Shown piece by piece: positions 1-11,629 of a stretch of 64,000 nucleotides of DNA. Each line of letters begins with the position of its first letter. The stretch's first letter is position 1. The notes under the pieces were generated by a model. It saw only the letters and a program-made list of their open reading frames with translations, did no database searches and was not told where the DNA came from. Source of the stretch: Stegostoma tigrinum (taxonomy: Eukaryota); NCBI RefSeq assembly GCF_030684315.1, contig NC_081389.1, positions 15,169,048-15,233,047 of the forward strand. Direction: 5' to 3'. The translations under genes were made by a program, and so were the position numbers.

Positions 1-244
1 GGGTCAATGATTAGCCTAAACCTGCAATTGTTTCTTTACAGTCTAAGTGCAAACACTCACAATTATCCTGTGTTTGAGGGCAAGGCAGGATTTTGTCTAA
101 TATCAGTTGTGCAGAAAGTCGTCTCTTCAATTGAAATGGAGGTCATTATATTTCAGAAAAACTCCCACCAACATATACACTTGCAAACGTTACCTTTACC
201 AGCCAAGCATAAAGCATCATTTGTGTGCAGAATGGAGAGCAGCA

Positions 245-442
245 TTTGAGAGGGGCATTTGAAATAACTTACTCAGGACTTTTCAAAGTGCCTTATGACC
301 AATTAATTTACAATCCCTTATCAAAATGCAGCAAAGGTGGCATCCCATCTGTGCACACAAACAACACTGGGATAATAACGGCTGTTGAGTTTTGAAGACC
401 GAGGGATAATCTCACTGAAACATACAACATTCTCGTCAGGGC
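245..442 (-). mobile_element. DeuSINE (SacSINE1/AmnSINE1-like) 3' fragment
   Basis: Reverse-complement similarity to the Deu-domain copies at 23590 and 45265 (caggacttttcaaagtgccttatgaccaat...tgcagcaaaggtggcatcccatctgtgcacacaa); degenerate. Confidence 0.5.
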
Positions 443-454
443 AGGAAGAAGAAT

Positions 455-560
455 GATGCTTCTCACAAAGGCTCATTGAACTTAAAACGTTAACTCTGTT
501 TTCTCTCCAACAGCGCTTGCCAGACCTGCTGAGTTTCTCTGGCAATTTTTGACTTTGTTT
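455..560 (+). mobile_element. PLE-derived hammerhead module, family B, degenerate
   Basis: aaacgttaactctgttttctctcc...ccagacctgctgagtttctctggcaatttt, matching the 19220 copy downstream of its ribozyme core. Confidence 0.7.
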
Positions 561-569
561 GGGGAGGGG

Positions 570-860
570 TTGTGGTTTAGAATCTGGAGACATGGACTCA
601 AATTAGGGGACAGGCAATTTAGAATGGAGAGATGGTCAAATTTCTTCACCAAAGGTGATGATATTTTGGAATTCTTTACCCCCAGAAGACTGAGGGCCTA
701 TCACTGTCTTGAAGACAGAAATTGATAGATATGAATGACATCAAGAGATATGGGGATAATACAGGGAAGTATCATTGAGATAGATGATTAACCACGACTG
801 ACAATGGCAGAGCAGGCTCAAGGGAGCTGAATGGTCCACTCTGTTCCTATGGCTCTGTGT
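570..860 (+). mobile_element. CR1/HER1 LINE 3' fragment, old
   Basis: tttcttcaccaaaggtgatgatattttggaattc and tail ggcagagcaggctcaagggagctgaatggtccactctgttcctatg, typical CR1 3' end. Confidence 0.75.
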
Positions 861-1119
861 TCCAAGGCTATATCATCTATTTTGATGAGGTTAGTCAAGG
901 GATTACCGTTGATCATGGCGTTGGAATGAACTCCCTTGCTTTCTTCTCCAAAGCACTGCTGCTGGCTCCTCCTAACACAGCAGACATGGTTTATGTGAGC
1001 TGGCTCTCACTGAGTTCCTCTGAATGGGAAGTGGATCAGGCAGTCTGTGTTGTGGCCAATAATTCTTCCCAGCCTGATATTCTTTCCAATGTGACACTTC
1101 AGCAAAGAAGGAATCAGAG

Positions 1120-1575
1120 GTAGTGCAGGATAGATACATGAGAATGGTTCCAGGGATAAGAAACTTATGTTACACTGAGAGATTGGAAAAGTTGGGATTG
1201 TTTCACTCGGAGAAGAGGTGGGGACGAGATGCAATAGAGGTCTTCTAAGTCATGAAGGATCTGGACACAGTAGGTGAGAAGAAACTTTTACCAGTGGTCA
1301 AAGATTTAAAAACAAGTACGCATAGTTATATGTTAATTGGCTAAAGGAGAAATGGAGACTCAACGAGAAATGTTTTCATACAATAAGAGGTTGGGATCCA
1401 CATGGTGATGCAGGAGAATAGCACAGGGAGGTTCAGTTGAGAATTTTAAGAAGGAATTGGATCATCTCCTGTCAAGGGCACATATGCAGGGTTACAGGGA
1501 AAAGGCAGGGGAGTGGCATGAAACTTATTCAGAGAGCTGGCTCAAAGCATATGGGCTGAATCACCCGTATTATAA
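1120..1575 (+). mobile_element. CR1 LINE 3' fragment, old
   Basis: agaatggttccagggataag...gagattggaaaagttgggattgttttcactcggagaagagg, degenerate ORF2 C-terminus (ERLEKLGLFSL) plus 3' UTR. Confidence 0.75.
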
Positions 1576-1589
1576 CCATGCTAGTGGCA

Positions 1590-1880
1590 GATGATATCCT
1601 AGTGGTTTTATCTCCAGACTATTAATTAAGCCTGAGACCCAAGTAATGATCTGGGAATCGAGGTTTGAATCCTGTCATAGTAAACATTGGAATTTAAACC
1701 CAATAAAAATCTGGAATTATTATTCTAGCAGTGATCATGAATCCAAGGTCTGGCCTACATGTGACTGCAAACCCACAGCAATGTGATTGAAGCTTAACTA
1801 CTCACTTGGTAATTACGGATGGGTAAATAATGCAGGCCTAGCCAGTGACACCAACATCCAGTGAATCAATTTCAAAACAA
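1590..1880 (+). mobile_element. tRNA-derived SINE sharing a LINE 3' tail (here 'SINE-T')
   Basis: A-box-like cctagtgg, B-box ggtttgaatcc, body ggtctggcctacatgtgactgcaaacccacagcaatgtg, tail ggatgggtaaataatgcaggcctagccagtgacacc. Confidence 0.75.
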
Positions 1881-2159
1881 ATTTGAGACTCTATCATTGA
1901 TCTACATTGAAATGACCCTTAGGTTCAAAGTTCATGACAATCTACAATTTAAAAGGTAAGCTAGATAAATATATTAAGGGGAAAAGAGGGATATATTTAG
2001 GTGAAAGGAGGGTGTGAACATACTTGGGTGGAGCATGAACATCAGAAAGGACCTTTGCCACAGATAGCCTGTTTCCGGGCTATAAATATTGTGCAATTCA
2101 ATTTAACAACAGCAATACATAAGAGGATTGCAGATAAAACGGTCTGTTTATGTAAGTAT

Positions 2160-2345
2160 AAAATACTGTCAATGCTGGAAATCTGAAATAAAAACAGAAA
2201 ATTTTGGAAAAGAAGTCAGCAGTTTTGGGCAGTATATGGTGGAGCAAAACACCGAGTGACCCAGACTCAAAACGTAAACTCTAATTTTTTTCCTCACAGA
2301 TGCTGCAAGACCTGCTGCGCTTTTCCAGCAACTTTTTTTTATTGT
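2160..2345. mobile_element. PLE-derived inverted-repeat module, family B
   Basis: Left arm atgctggaaatctgaaataaaaacagaaa...; right arm aaacgtaaactc...cacagatgctgcaagacctgctgcgcttttccagcaac. Confidence 0.65.
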
Positions 2346-2499
2346 TGTTGTTCTGTGTGTGTTGAACATTTCAGGCCCTTGTCTCATTCATCAGATCTTA
2401 CAACTGCTAAAAATGTAATAGCTACTGGATAGGACAAGGACGATCTGCAACAGGACAATAGACAAGGAGGTAGTGAATGATGGATTGAAACGCCCCATC

Positions 2500-2702
2500 C
2501 CTGCTTCAAATCAAATTACCATTCCTTCACTGCCACTGGGTCAAAATCCTGGAATTCCCCAACAGCACTGTTTGGTTTAACCTATACCACAGCAGTGGCA
2601 CAAGAAGGCAGCTCAGCACCACCTTCTCAAGAGCAATTAGGGATGGGCAGTAAATGCTGACCCAGCCAGTGATGCCCACATCCCATGATTGAATTTAAAA
2701 AG
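2500..2702 (+). mobile_element. LINE 3' end, partner of SINE-T
   Basis: ttccttcactgccactgggtcaaaatcctggaattccc...caccttctcaagagcaattagggatgggcagtaaatgctg...cccacatcccatgattgaatttaaaa. Confidence 0.75.
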
Positions 2703-2859
2703 AAATAGAGAATGGAGATGGGGCAAGAAACAAAAAGGTTTGACTTGAGTAGATTCTGTGCTAATTTAAAGCACAGAATCCAGCTAAAAAAGGAAATATA
2801 AAGGGATAGATTTCACAGTTGATTTCAATGTTGAGCCTAAATTGGCCAAAGATCCTCAG

Positions 2860-3172
2860 GAGCACCTTCCAAACCCACAACAACTTCCACATAGAAGGAC
2901 AACGGCAGATGATATATGGGAACACCACCATCTACAAGTTCCCTTTGGAGCCAATCACCATCCTGATTTGGAATTATATTGTCATTCCTTAACTACTGCT
3001 GGGTCAAAATCCTGAATTTTCTTTCTTAACAGCTTTATGGGTCTACCTACAGCATATGGACTGCAGCGGTTCAAGAAGACAGCTCACCATGACCTTCTCA
3101 AATGGCAGTTCGGGATGGGCAATAAATGCTGGCCCAGCCAGCAAGGTCCATGTCCCATGAGAGAATAAAGAA
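2860..3172 (+). mobile_element. LINE 3' end, same family as 2500-2702
   Basis: agcaccttccaaacccacaacaacttccacatagaaggacaa...gggatgggcaataaatgctggcccagccag. Confidence 0.8.
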
Positions 3173-3289
3173 AATGGATTTAAATGGTCCATCAATGAGG
3201 ATGAACAGCTCTTCTTTCCTTCAATGTTGTCCTCTCCTCCTCTACACCAGGGAGGAAAGTGCCAAAAGAAGGACACAAAGATGGGGGAG

Positions 3290-3480
3290 AGCACTGTAAA
3301 AGCTAACAGTCGTAGACGCGCCAACTTTAAGGGCATTTAAGTGGTCATTGGATAAACATATGGATGATAATGGAATAGTGTAGGTTAGATTAGCTTCAGA
3401 TTGGTTTCACAGGTTGGCGCAATATCGAGGGCTGAAGGGCCTGTACTACACTGTAATATTCTATGTTCTATGTTCTATAT
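3290..3480 (+). mobile_element. Young CR1/HER1 LINE 3' tail
   Basis: gcatttaagtggtcattggataaacatatgg...gggctgaagggcctgtact, ending in (ttctatg)n; same subfamily as 7397-7685. Confidence 0.85.
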
Positions 3481-4384
3481 ATGATTGCCTGATCTTTGCT
3501 GGTATGTCCCAACAAAGGTCACCAGCTGGTGCTCACAGAGGTGAATCCTGGCCAACTGTTAGCCTCTGCTCCTCAGAGACAACATGGCCAGTTGTAAGTG
3601 CCTTATTGTCAACTTATCTGTGGCCAGATAACTGAGTATTGGCCAGTGTCTAAATCCAACATCTCTTATCAGTGAAACACTAAGTGATGCCCTTCGCAAA
3701 CTCACGAAGGAAAGGAAGGCTTTCCTTTTGCAATTAAAAACTATCTGATTAATTATTGATTTATTCCACTCATCTCATTTATTAAAGAATGTATTATTTA
3801 GAAATATATTTCCTATATATTTTTATCTTCACACCTACTCTTCTGCACCACTTCAATCATTCCATAAATTACCTTCTTTCAGGAGAGGTGGCAGAGATGA
3901 AGAGAATGGCATTTGAAGATGATATAAGGAGCACATATACCAATATATGGTACGGCTGTGCTAGGAAGAGTTAGGTAGGGCCATTAATACAAAAATCACC
4001 TCAGGCAAACTCATGACATCTCACTAAGTAACAATAGCTAAAACTTAATTTGTCCCATCCTGGTGATGTGTTTGAATGACAAGCTATTCTCCATCTCCAT
4101 TTACTTTAATGCTAGAACATAGAAAAATCTAGCTTTTTCCAGTATATGTAACAGATCCTGCAGCAAATTTGCAAGGAACAGCAAGGGGTGCTGATGGTGT
4201 CATGCAAACATCGAGACAGAGGCTGAGCAGCACAGTATGAGGACTGTATACCTCCACATTTATACTACTGAAATCCCAGTATTAACCATTGTATTTTCCC
4301 TCTTCATTTGTCTAAGTGCTGTGTAGCTAAAATATTTAATAGTGTATACTTAAAAGTTAGCAATACTTAGAATAGATTCTTGTG

Positions 4385-4660
4385 ATGATGTAGGTAGTGT
4401 CCCAGACTATCAGCCAGGAGCTCTGGGTTCAAATCTCACTTGAGGTCTTTATAATCGCAGAACTCTGCGACGTTGCCAAACAGCTTAATTATTAATCCAC
4501 AACTCCCTCCAATATACCTGACTGTGGGCAGGAAGAGGAGGAGAGTCTCCCTTTTGGCCATCCTACAGAAGGCATTGGCAAAGCACTGTAGCCCTTTGCC
4601 AAGCACAATCACTGACCAGAGTCCATGGTCACCAATGGTCTCTTAGGGTTTGGTACTGAG
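4385..4660 (+). mobile_element. Unclassified tRNA-headed SINE-like element
   Basis: ggtagtgtcccagact...ctgggttcaaatctcac resembles a Pol III A/B-box head; body not recognised. Confidence 0.4.
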
Positions 4661-4947
4661 AGAGCTAGTCCCGCTATCCCATTAGATCTTGGCCAATTTG
4701 ATCCTGTCCACACCCTCAACCTGATTTCCATGCATTGTCCTCCAACTCAATCCTTAATTTTTTAAAAAACTGAATGAACATTCACTGCCTTTTGGAGGGG
4801 ATGCATGAGAGAGTCCTGTCCCGTACTTAACCTCAAGCATGCTACCAAAATAAATTAACTGACTGCAAATAAATAGCTGTGCTCCACTAGGTTACACAGA
4901 AGCTCTACGCATTATGAAGCATTTTAGAGCAACCCAAGCATAAGAGG

Positions 4948-5165
4948 ATGTCTGCGTGGGTTTCCTCTGGGTGCCTCCAGTTTCCTCCCACAATCCAAAG
5001 ATGTGCAGGTTAGGTAGACTGGCCAAGCAAAATTTCCCATAATGTGTAGGCAGATGGATTAACCAAGGTAAACGCAAGGTTATGGACTTAGGGTGGGATA
5101 AACTTTGGAAGGTCAGCACAGATTCAGTGGGCTGAATGGTCTCTTCCTACACTGTAGGGATTCTC
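4948..5165 (+). mobile_element. HE1-type V-SINE, 5' truncated
   Basis: V-domain tgtctgcgtgggtttcctctgggtgcctccagtttcctcccacaatccaaagatgtgcaggttagg; tail gggctgaatgg...acactgtagggattct. Confidence 0.85.
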
Positions 5166-5524
5166 AAGTGTACAAAACATCTCCAAACACTGAAGCCTAT
5201 GAGCAACATTGAAAGCTACAGGCCCAAATTATGATATTTACCCTCAAGCCGTTTTGATTGAAGATCACACCACACTACTTTCCAGCTCCATGTTCGAATT
5301 ATTTTAACACTGAGGGCCAAATAGGTGATTAGATGTTGAACGCTTATATGTAACAGACATTTTGTTGACAACATGGCTGCTTCTGAGCTTCTGACTTGAC
5401 TGTATGTTATCGTGGATGCTGCAAGATGGCAGCCATATCGACTGGCCAAACAAGATGGCTCATGGTGTGACTATCTTTCATAACGAACTGGATGGAAGGC
5501 AACTGTAACATTCCATGATAGATG

Positions 5525-5890
5525 TAACAAGAACTACAGAAGCTGGAGTCAGAGCAACGCAGTGTGGAGCTGGAGGAACATAGCAGGCTAGGCAGCATCA
5601 GAGGAGCACGAAGTTTCGGATTGGGACCTTTCCTCAGAAATGGGGAGGGGGAGGGGAACTGGGAAGTAAATGGAGGGAGGAGGGGTGGGGCTGGGGAACA
5701 TAGGGCGGGATAGTGATAGGTGAATGCAGGTAGCAAGTCGTGGAGTTAAGTCAGTAGGATGGTTGGGGAGGATAAGTGGGAGAGAAGGTGGGCAGGTTTT
5801 GATGGATCAAGGAGGCAGGAGGGAAGATGGATGGGGCTGGGAAAGGTAGTTGGGGTATTGATAGATTGGATGCAGATTAGGGAGGGGTAG
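5525..5890 (-). mobile_element. Penelope-like element 3' UTR/pLTR, inverted, with hammerhead motif
   Basis: Purine-rich tract (pyrimidine-rich on minus); minus strand reads CTGAGGA aaggtcccaatcc GAAAC at 5637-5613; homologous to 47775-48114. Confidence 0.8.
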
Positions 5891-6228
5891 TCCCTTTTCT
5901 GCTGTTACGCTGGCATTATCCCCGACCTCTTCCTCTGCTACACTGATGACTGTATCGGCACCGCCTCGTGCTCCCACAGGGAGCTTGAACAGTTTATCAA
6001 TGTTACGAACACCTTTCAATCTCAAATTCACTTGGGCCATCTCTGATACCTTCCTCACCTTCCTTGACCTCTCCATCTCAATTTCTGGTGACCACGTCAA
6101 TACCAACATCTATTTCAAGCCCACTGATTCCCATCACTACCTGACTACACCTCCTCTTATACCCACCCTCCTACAAGAATGCGATCCCTTACTCCCAATT
6201 CCTCTGTCTCCGCCGCATCTGCTCCCAA
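5891..6228 (+). pseudogene. Penelope-like reverse transcriptase fragment, frameshifted
   Basis: LFLCYTDDCIGTASCSHRELEQFINVTNTF (YxDD at 5939-5950) / NLKFTWAISDTFLTFLDLSISISGDHVNTNIYFKPTDSHHYL / PSYKNAIPYSQFLCLRRICS, characteristic PLE RT palm-thumb motifs. Confidence 0.92.
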
Positions 6229-6704
6229 AATCTCAATAACATTCTACTGAGTTCAGGCAAAGCTATCAAACTTGATGTGCCTGATTCAGAACATTGCAGA
6301 CCAACACTTAATTTTTTTTTTGCTCATTTAAAGTGTTTTTTGAGGCGTGAAGGGGCTTTAAAGTGCAATTACTCAGGGGGCTTGTCAACAAAATGCAATT
6401 TACCTGTTTGGGGACCTCTGGCACAGATAGGATTTGAATTTGAATGATCTGCTCTGGAGATAGGGACACCACCTCTCAAAAACATTTAACCTCCTCTTTA
6501 TAGCTAGTCAGCATCTCCCTACCATGGAGTTGAACCTTGGCCATCCACATAACAAGCAGGAAGGCTAACATCTATACAAATAAGGAGCTCCTGCTTGATG
6601 GTCTTCAAAAGTTAGGGCATGATACTCAATGACACGTACAAGTTCCACATGTTTAATCACAGCCAGAACTCGACTAATCTGAGCTTGCCGACATAATGAC
6701 TGAA

Positions 6705-6795
6705 GACAAAAAATGCTGGAAATCACAACAGGTCAGGCAGTATCTGTGGAGAGAGAGCAAGTTAACGTTTTGAGTCTAGATGACTCTTCATGCGA
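6705..6795 (-). mobile_element. PLE-derived hammerhead module, family B, degenerate
   Basis: aaatgctggaaatcacaacaggtcaggcagtatctgtggagagagagcaagttaacgttttgagtctagatgactcttca. Confidence 0.75.
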
Positions 6796-7396
6796 GCTCC
6801 TAAATAATGCACTTGATTGAATGAACACTGTTCTGCTGAGGCTCTTAACCCATTGTTATGGATATAATGATTAATGACTAACCAACCCATCAAGGGAATT
6901 GAAATTCATGCTTTCTTACTTCACAAACACAAAGCAACAGAATCTCTTTCTCACAACTAAACTCACCAGAGGACTGCAGAACTCCCCAACTGTCATTCCT
7001 TAATGAAAGGAATCCTTGTAAATATTATATATACTTCTGTTTTAATCATTGCACTGGAAATGAACTACCCTGGGATATCATTAAATCATACTGTCTGGGT
7101 GTCTTATCCAGAGGTGAATCCATTAACCAAGTTGTGAGGCATTCTGAATTTCTGAAAGAAGAATGTGTTAGGGTAAGAATCTGCATTTCCTGTCCAAATC
7201 ACTGAGAGTTATATACCCAGACAATTTCCGGGTGAATGAATGGGACATCTTATGTCCATCAAAAGTTAATAAATGACTAGAATAATTCAATTCATGTCAA
7301 ATTACCACATACACTCATGTACAAGTCAAGGTTCTGAGTGCAAATTTTTCCAGGGAAAGTGTAAGAGGTCAATTACACATAAATACCATTTTTAAG

Positions 7397-7685
7397 AGAA
7401 CATAGAACATTACAGCACAGTACAGGCCCTTCGGCCCTCAATGTTGTGCCGACCTGTCATACCGATCTCAAACCCATCTAACCTACACTATTCCATGTAC
7501 GTCCATATGCTTATCCAATGACGACTTAAATGTACCTAAAGTTGGCGAATCTACTACCATTGCATGTAAAGCGTTCCATTCCCTTGCTACTCTCTGAGTA
7601 AAGAAACTACCTCTAACATCTGTCCTATATCTTTCACCCCTCAATTTAAATCTATGCCCCCTCGTGCTCGCCGTCACCATCCTAG
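7397..7685 (-). mobile_element. Young CR1/HER1 LINE 3' end
   Basis: ORF 7483-7680 (STRGHRFKLRGERYRTDVRGSFFTQRVAREWNAL) is CR1 ORF2 C-terminus; (agaacat)n tail; CpGs retained. Confidence 0.93.
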
Positions 7686-8107
7686 ATTGAAATTCATGCC
7701 AGTTCTCGGGAACTCATGAAAATGACACTGCCTCTGTGGTTGCTGTCTACAGTTCTGAATTCAACTGGAAATGGTTACCCCGAGATTATCTATTTCTGAC
7801 TATTTTAATTCACAAAAGAGTAATTCTGAAAAAAAGACTTAGTAGACCATTTCTTTTAACCCTGCCCTTACAAGAGGCAACAAGGCGTTTTTGAAAAATT
7901 AAAAGATTTTGAGCCAAGTTCAGGGGCTGACTTATACATAATATCGACTGTTTTACAAATGCATGTAGTAGTCAATTCGAAAAAAAAATCAACTTTCTTT
8001 TATCAAACAAAACAAAGCTGGAAGGGAAAGGAGGATAAATTCTTTAGACACACAGAACTGCTTTAGGCTGACATTCAACAGTAGTTTTTGACAGAAAGTT
8101 GGATGTA

Positions 8108-8385
8108 GGGGTGGCACGATGGCTCAGTGGTTAACTCTGCTGCTTCACAGTACCAGGGACCCAGGTTCAATTCCACTCTTGGCTGGCTGCCTGTGTGGGC
8201 TTCCTCTGGGTGCTCCGGTTTCCTCCCACAGTCCAAAGATGTTCAGGTTAGGTGTATTGGCCATGCTGAATTGCCCCAAGTGTTCGGGGTGGGTTCTTGT
8301 GGGATGCATCTGGATGGGACATTCCGAGAGTCAGTCTTGACATGTCGGGCTGAAGGGCCGGTTTCCACACTGTAGGGATTCCATG
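8108..8385 (+). mobile_element. HE1-type V-SINE
   Basis: tRNA head ggtggcacgatggctcagtggtta...ccaggttcaattcc, V-domain, CR1-like tail gggctgaagggccggtttccacactgtagggattc. Confidence 0.9.
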
Positions 8386-9114
8386 AACTATATGCATCTG
8401 AATAGGAGCAAGTTAAAGGGTTTAGGGACAAACAAAGGAGTGGGACAATTTGGATAGTCAGTACAAAGAGGATGGGCTGACTTTCAGAATCAAGTGAGGG
8501 TCTCCTCCACCATTTGCAAAATCAACAGCAATCCATTTTTGGGAAGGTAGATGGGATTAAATCCACTTTGGAAATCCCACCTGGCTCCTGCAAAGGGAAT
8601 ATCCTCCTCAAGAAATCCTGGTGCAATGTAAATATCCCACACCAAAGAACATGGATAAACCAAGATCAAATTTCAATTGAGCAATAGTTCTGAGACCAAA
8701 ACTACACTACTTTGAAGTTTGTGCATAAAAGGGATAAGATCTGATCGAACTTTACTCCTGATCGGACAGCTGATTGTACCTTCATCCCACCTACAGGTGT
8801 TAGACCTTTGTAAATTCCTGACAAATGCTTCTGAGGCACACAATTTTCTTTGTGTTTGGTTCACCAAAAAAAAAGTTGTGCACAAGCATTAAGATGAAAA
8901 AAGAAAAATGAGGAAAGGAACAATACTTGACAAATAGCTGTGCAGTGAGGAAAGCTGGAAGTGATCGATGCCAAAGGCAAGAAATAATTGGAAAAAATAA
9001 ACAAATGGATGTCACTTTGAAGGTCTTACACCTCCTGTAGTCTAAACGTACTGTGCCGCAAATTGTTGCATTTCTCCTGTCAATGGTGTGATTCGATTGT
9101 TTTCTCTGCTCGCA

Positions 9115-9720
9115 CTGAAGAGCCAAGCTCAAAGGTGACCACTTTGCAGGACACACATGTTCTGTCCACTAAAAAAGACTTGAGTTTCCAGTTGTCTGCC
9201 ACTTCAACACATCACCGTGTTCCCTGGTCAATATCTTTGTCTCAGACTTGCTGTAGGGTTTCAGTGAAGCTCAGCGCAATCTGGATGAACAGCACCTCAT
9301 TTTCCACTTGGGTACACTACGGCCTTTTGGACTCAGTATCGAGTTCAACAGTTTTAGGATGTGAGCTCTCCAATGTCCTTAACTCAATCCCCATACACCA
9401 GATCATGTCATCACACAGGCTGCTACCACACATGATCCATTGTCAGCTACCAATAGTCCCCATTAGCTCCTATTCATTCTCTCAGGCTGACCTTTATTCA
9501 CTCCTTTGTCTGTACAACTGTAATTTTCTCTTCTTTGGGTTCTATCTCCACCTATTGTTTACTCCTCCCACTCAACCTACCTTCTGCATAAATACCAAGC
9601 TTTTCATAGCTATAATCATTTCTGAAGGAAGATTACTGGACTCAAAGTGTTAACTCTGATTTCTCGCCACACATGTTGCCAGATCTGATGAGGTTTGCAG
9701 ATGAATTTCTGCTTTTGATG
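9115..9720 (+). mobile_element. Penelope-like element 3' end: GIY-YIG endonuclease C-terminus, 3' UTR and decayed hammerhead
   Basis: GDHFAGH..SVH*KRLEFPVVCHFN...EAQRNLDEQHLIFHLGTLRPFGLSIEFNSF* with two internal stops, then ttctgaaggaagattactggactcaaagtgttaactctg. Confidence 0.88.
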
Positions 9721-9859
9721 CTCAAAGGAGGCATGGGCTGGGGTGGATTCTCAATGTTCTCGACTTGGTTCTCTGCCCTGCACTCACTTGGAGACCAACT
9801 TGTGAAAGAGAACGTGCAATTGTCTGTGAATTCCTTATCCTCCCTCTAAATTCAGCAGA

Positions 9860-10200
9860 GCCCTTGAATGTATGGCACAGGGAAAAAGCCACTCAGCCCT
9901 TTGGTACAACATTGCACATAATCCTGTTCCTTTACTCTTTCATTGTAACCCTGAAATTTTGCTTTCTATTGCAGTATCCATCCAATTCTCTTTTAAATAC
10001 TTGCTTCTATCTCCCTTTCAGGCTGCACATTCTGTAGTGAACAATTCACTGTGGCACAGTCAGCAATCACCCGTATCTCTGCTAAGCAACCCTTCCTCCA
10101 CTAATAACAATTCCTCCCTTTTCATTTTAGCCAACCTATTCAGAATTTTGAACAGCACTATCAATTCTCCTCTTAACATTGTTTGTACTCTTCCTGGCCT
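9860..10200 (-). mobile_element. CR1 3' fragment, highly decayed
   Basis: tggcacagggaaaaagccactcagccc...tatccatccaattctcttttaaat...ttttgaacagcactatcaattctcctcttaac. Confidence 0.6.
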
Positions 10201-10364
10201 GATTCAGAAAGTGCCTGAACTCCCCATTGCTTCAGTTTCCCAGCCTTCTGCAAGCTCTAAATCTCTGCTACCTAAGCTTTGCATTGCCTCTTCTTCCCTT
10301 CCCACTTTCCTTAGTGTTTCAGCAGCCAATGGGAACTGCGAGGCTGGAGCACAAAGGAGCTAGC

Positions 10365-11005
10365 TGCAAGAATAGGCCATTCAGCCCCTTGAGAACTCCC
10401 ACCTTTCAATATGATCTTGCCAAATCTGAGGAAAAAAATTTAAGAAAGAGATGAGGGGCTTTTTTTAAACACAAAGTGTGGCTCACGGATGGAATGAACT
10501 TCCAGGGGTTGTGGGTACAGTGATAACATTTAAAAGTCATTTGGATAAGTACCTCAATAAGAAATGTTCAGAGAGATATGGGCCAAGTACAGGCGGGGAA
10601 AATGGTCGGCATGGACTGGTTGGGTCGAAGGGTTGGTTTCCAAGCTGCATGACTCTACAACTGTGACTTTGACAAACTTCAGCTGACTGAAAGACCTTAA
10701 CTCCCTTCTCGATCATCAAACTGTCTAAACCAGGCTTGAACGTATTCAATCACTCAGCCTCCGTGTTTTATTTGGGAACAAGAATACCACAGAATGGCGA
10801 CCCTCTGAATAAGAACATAGAAAATAAAGTATAGAACACTACAGCACAGGAACAAGCCCTTCAACCAATCATATCTGTGCCAAACATGGTGCCATTCTAA
10901 ATGAATCTCATCTACTTGCACATGGTCCATATTCCTCTCTTCGCTGTCTGCTCATGTGTCTATCTAAATGCTTCTTAAACATTGCTACTGCTTCTACCAC
11001 CCTCA
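10365..11005. mobile_element. Cluster of nested CR1 3' fragments (+ 10430-10665; - 10365-10420, 10680-10810, 10810-11005)
   Basis: ORF 10478-10666 (WNELPGVVGTVITFKSHLDKYL); minus-strand tails aataggccattcagcccctt and agaacactacagcacaggaacaagcccttc. Confidence 0.75.
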
Positions 11006-11629
11006 ATGTAAAAAGCTCTCACTCTTAAATGGGAGACGCCTAATTTTTTAAATGGTCTTCCATAGTTCTAGCTTCCCCCATAAAAGGAAACAATTGCGCA
11101 TCATCCATTCCTTAGGTTCATACATTCTTTTTGATTTAATTTAGTTTGATTGTTCTAAACTCCAATGCACTCATCATCTGTCTTTCACCAAGATGACTAC
11201 ATCATCCCCAGGAATTTCCCCATTTTGACTTCAGCAACAGATGACCGGTGGCGATCTGGTCCTTTGAAACTTCAACATAATCTGTTGTATATTATTCTGA
11301 AAGAATTAATACTGGGGAGTGCCTTAAGCACCACCCACTACAATAACGTCATTGGGACTTGTGGGCTGAGGAGTTTAGGATCTCAAAGGAGTCAGGCCTA
11401 ATTTCTGGTGTTCCTGAAAGTCTCGGAAACAATGACTATTGTATCAACGTAACCTGTTGCTAACTAGTCGCTAACATACAAGAAACTAGATCTTGCTAAT
11501 GACAAGATACTACTAGTTAGACTACAAAGTGGTTTTCCTCCCCTACACTAGGCCCTGTAGTGTCCTTTATAGCAGCAACAACCTTCATCATGAATAACAC
11601 TGACTGTATAACAAGCTAGTAAGCCATTA

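Noticed and set aside
9063-9653. Longest ORF (196 aa) as a gene
   Set aside because: It is an off-frame reading of a decayed Penelope GIY-YIG/3' UTR; the homologous frame has stops
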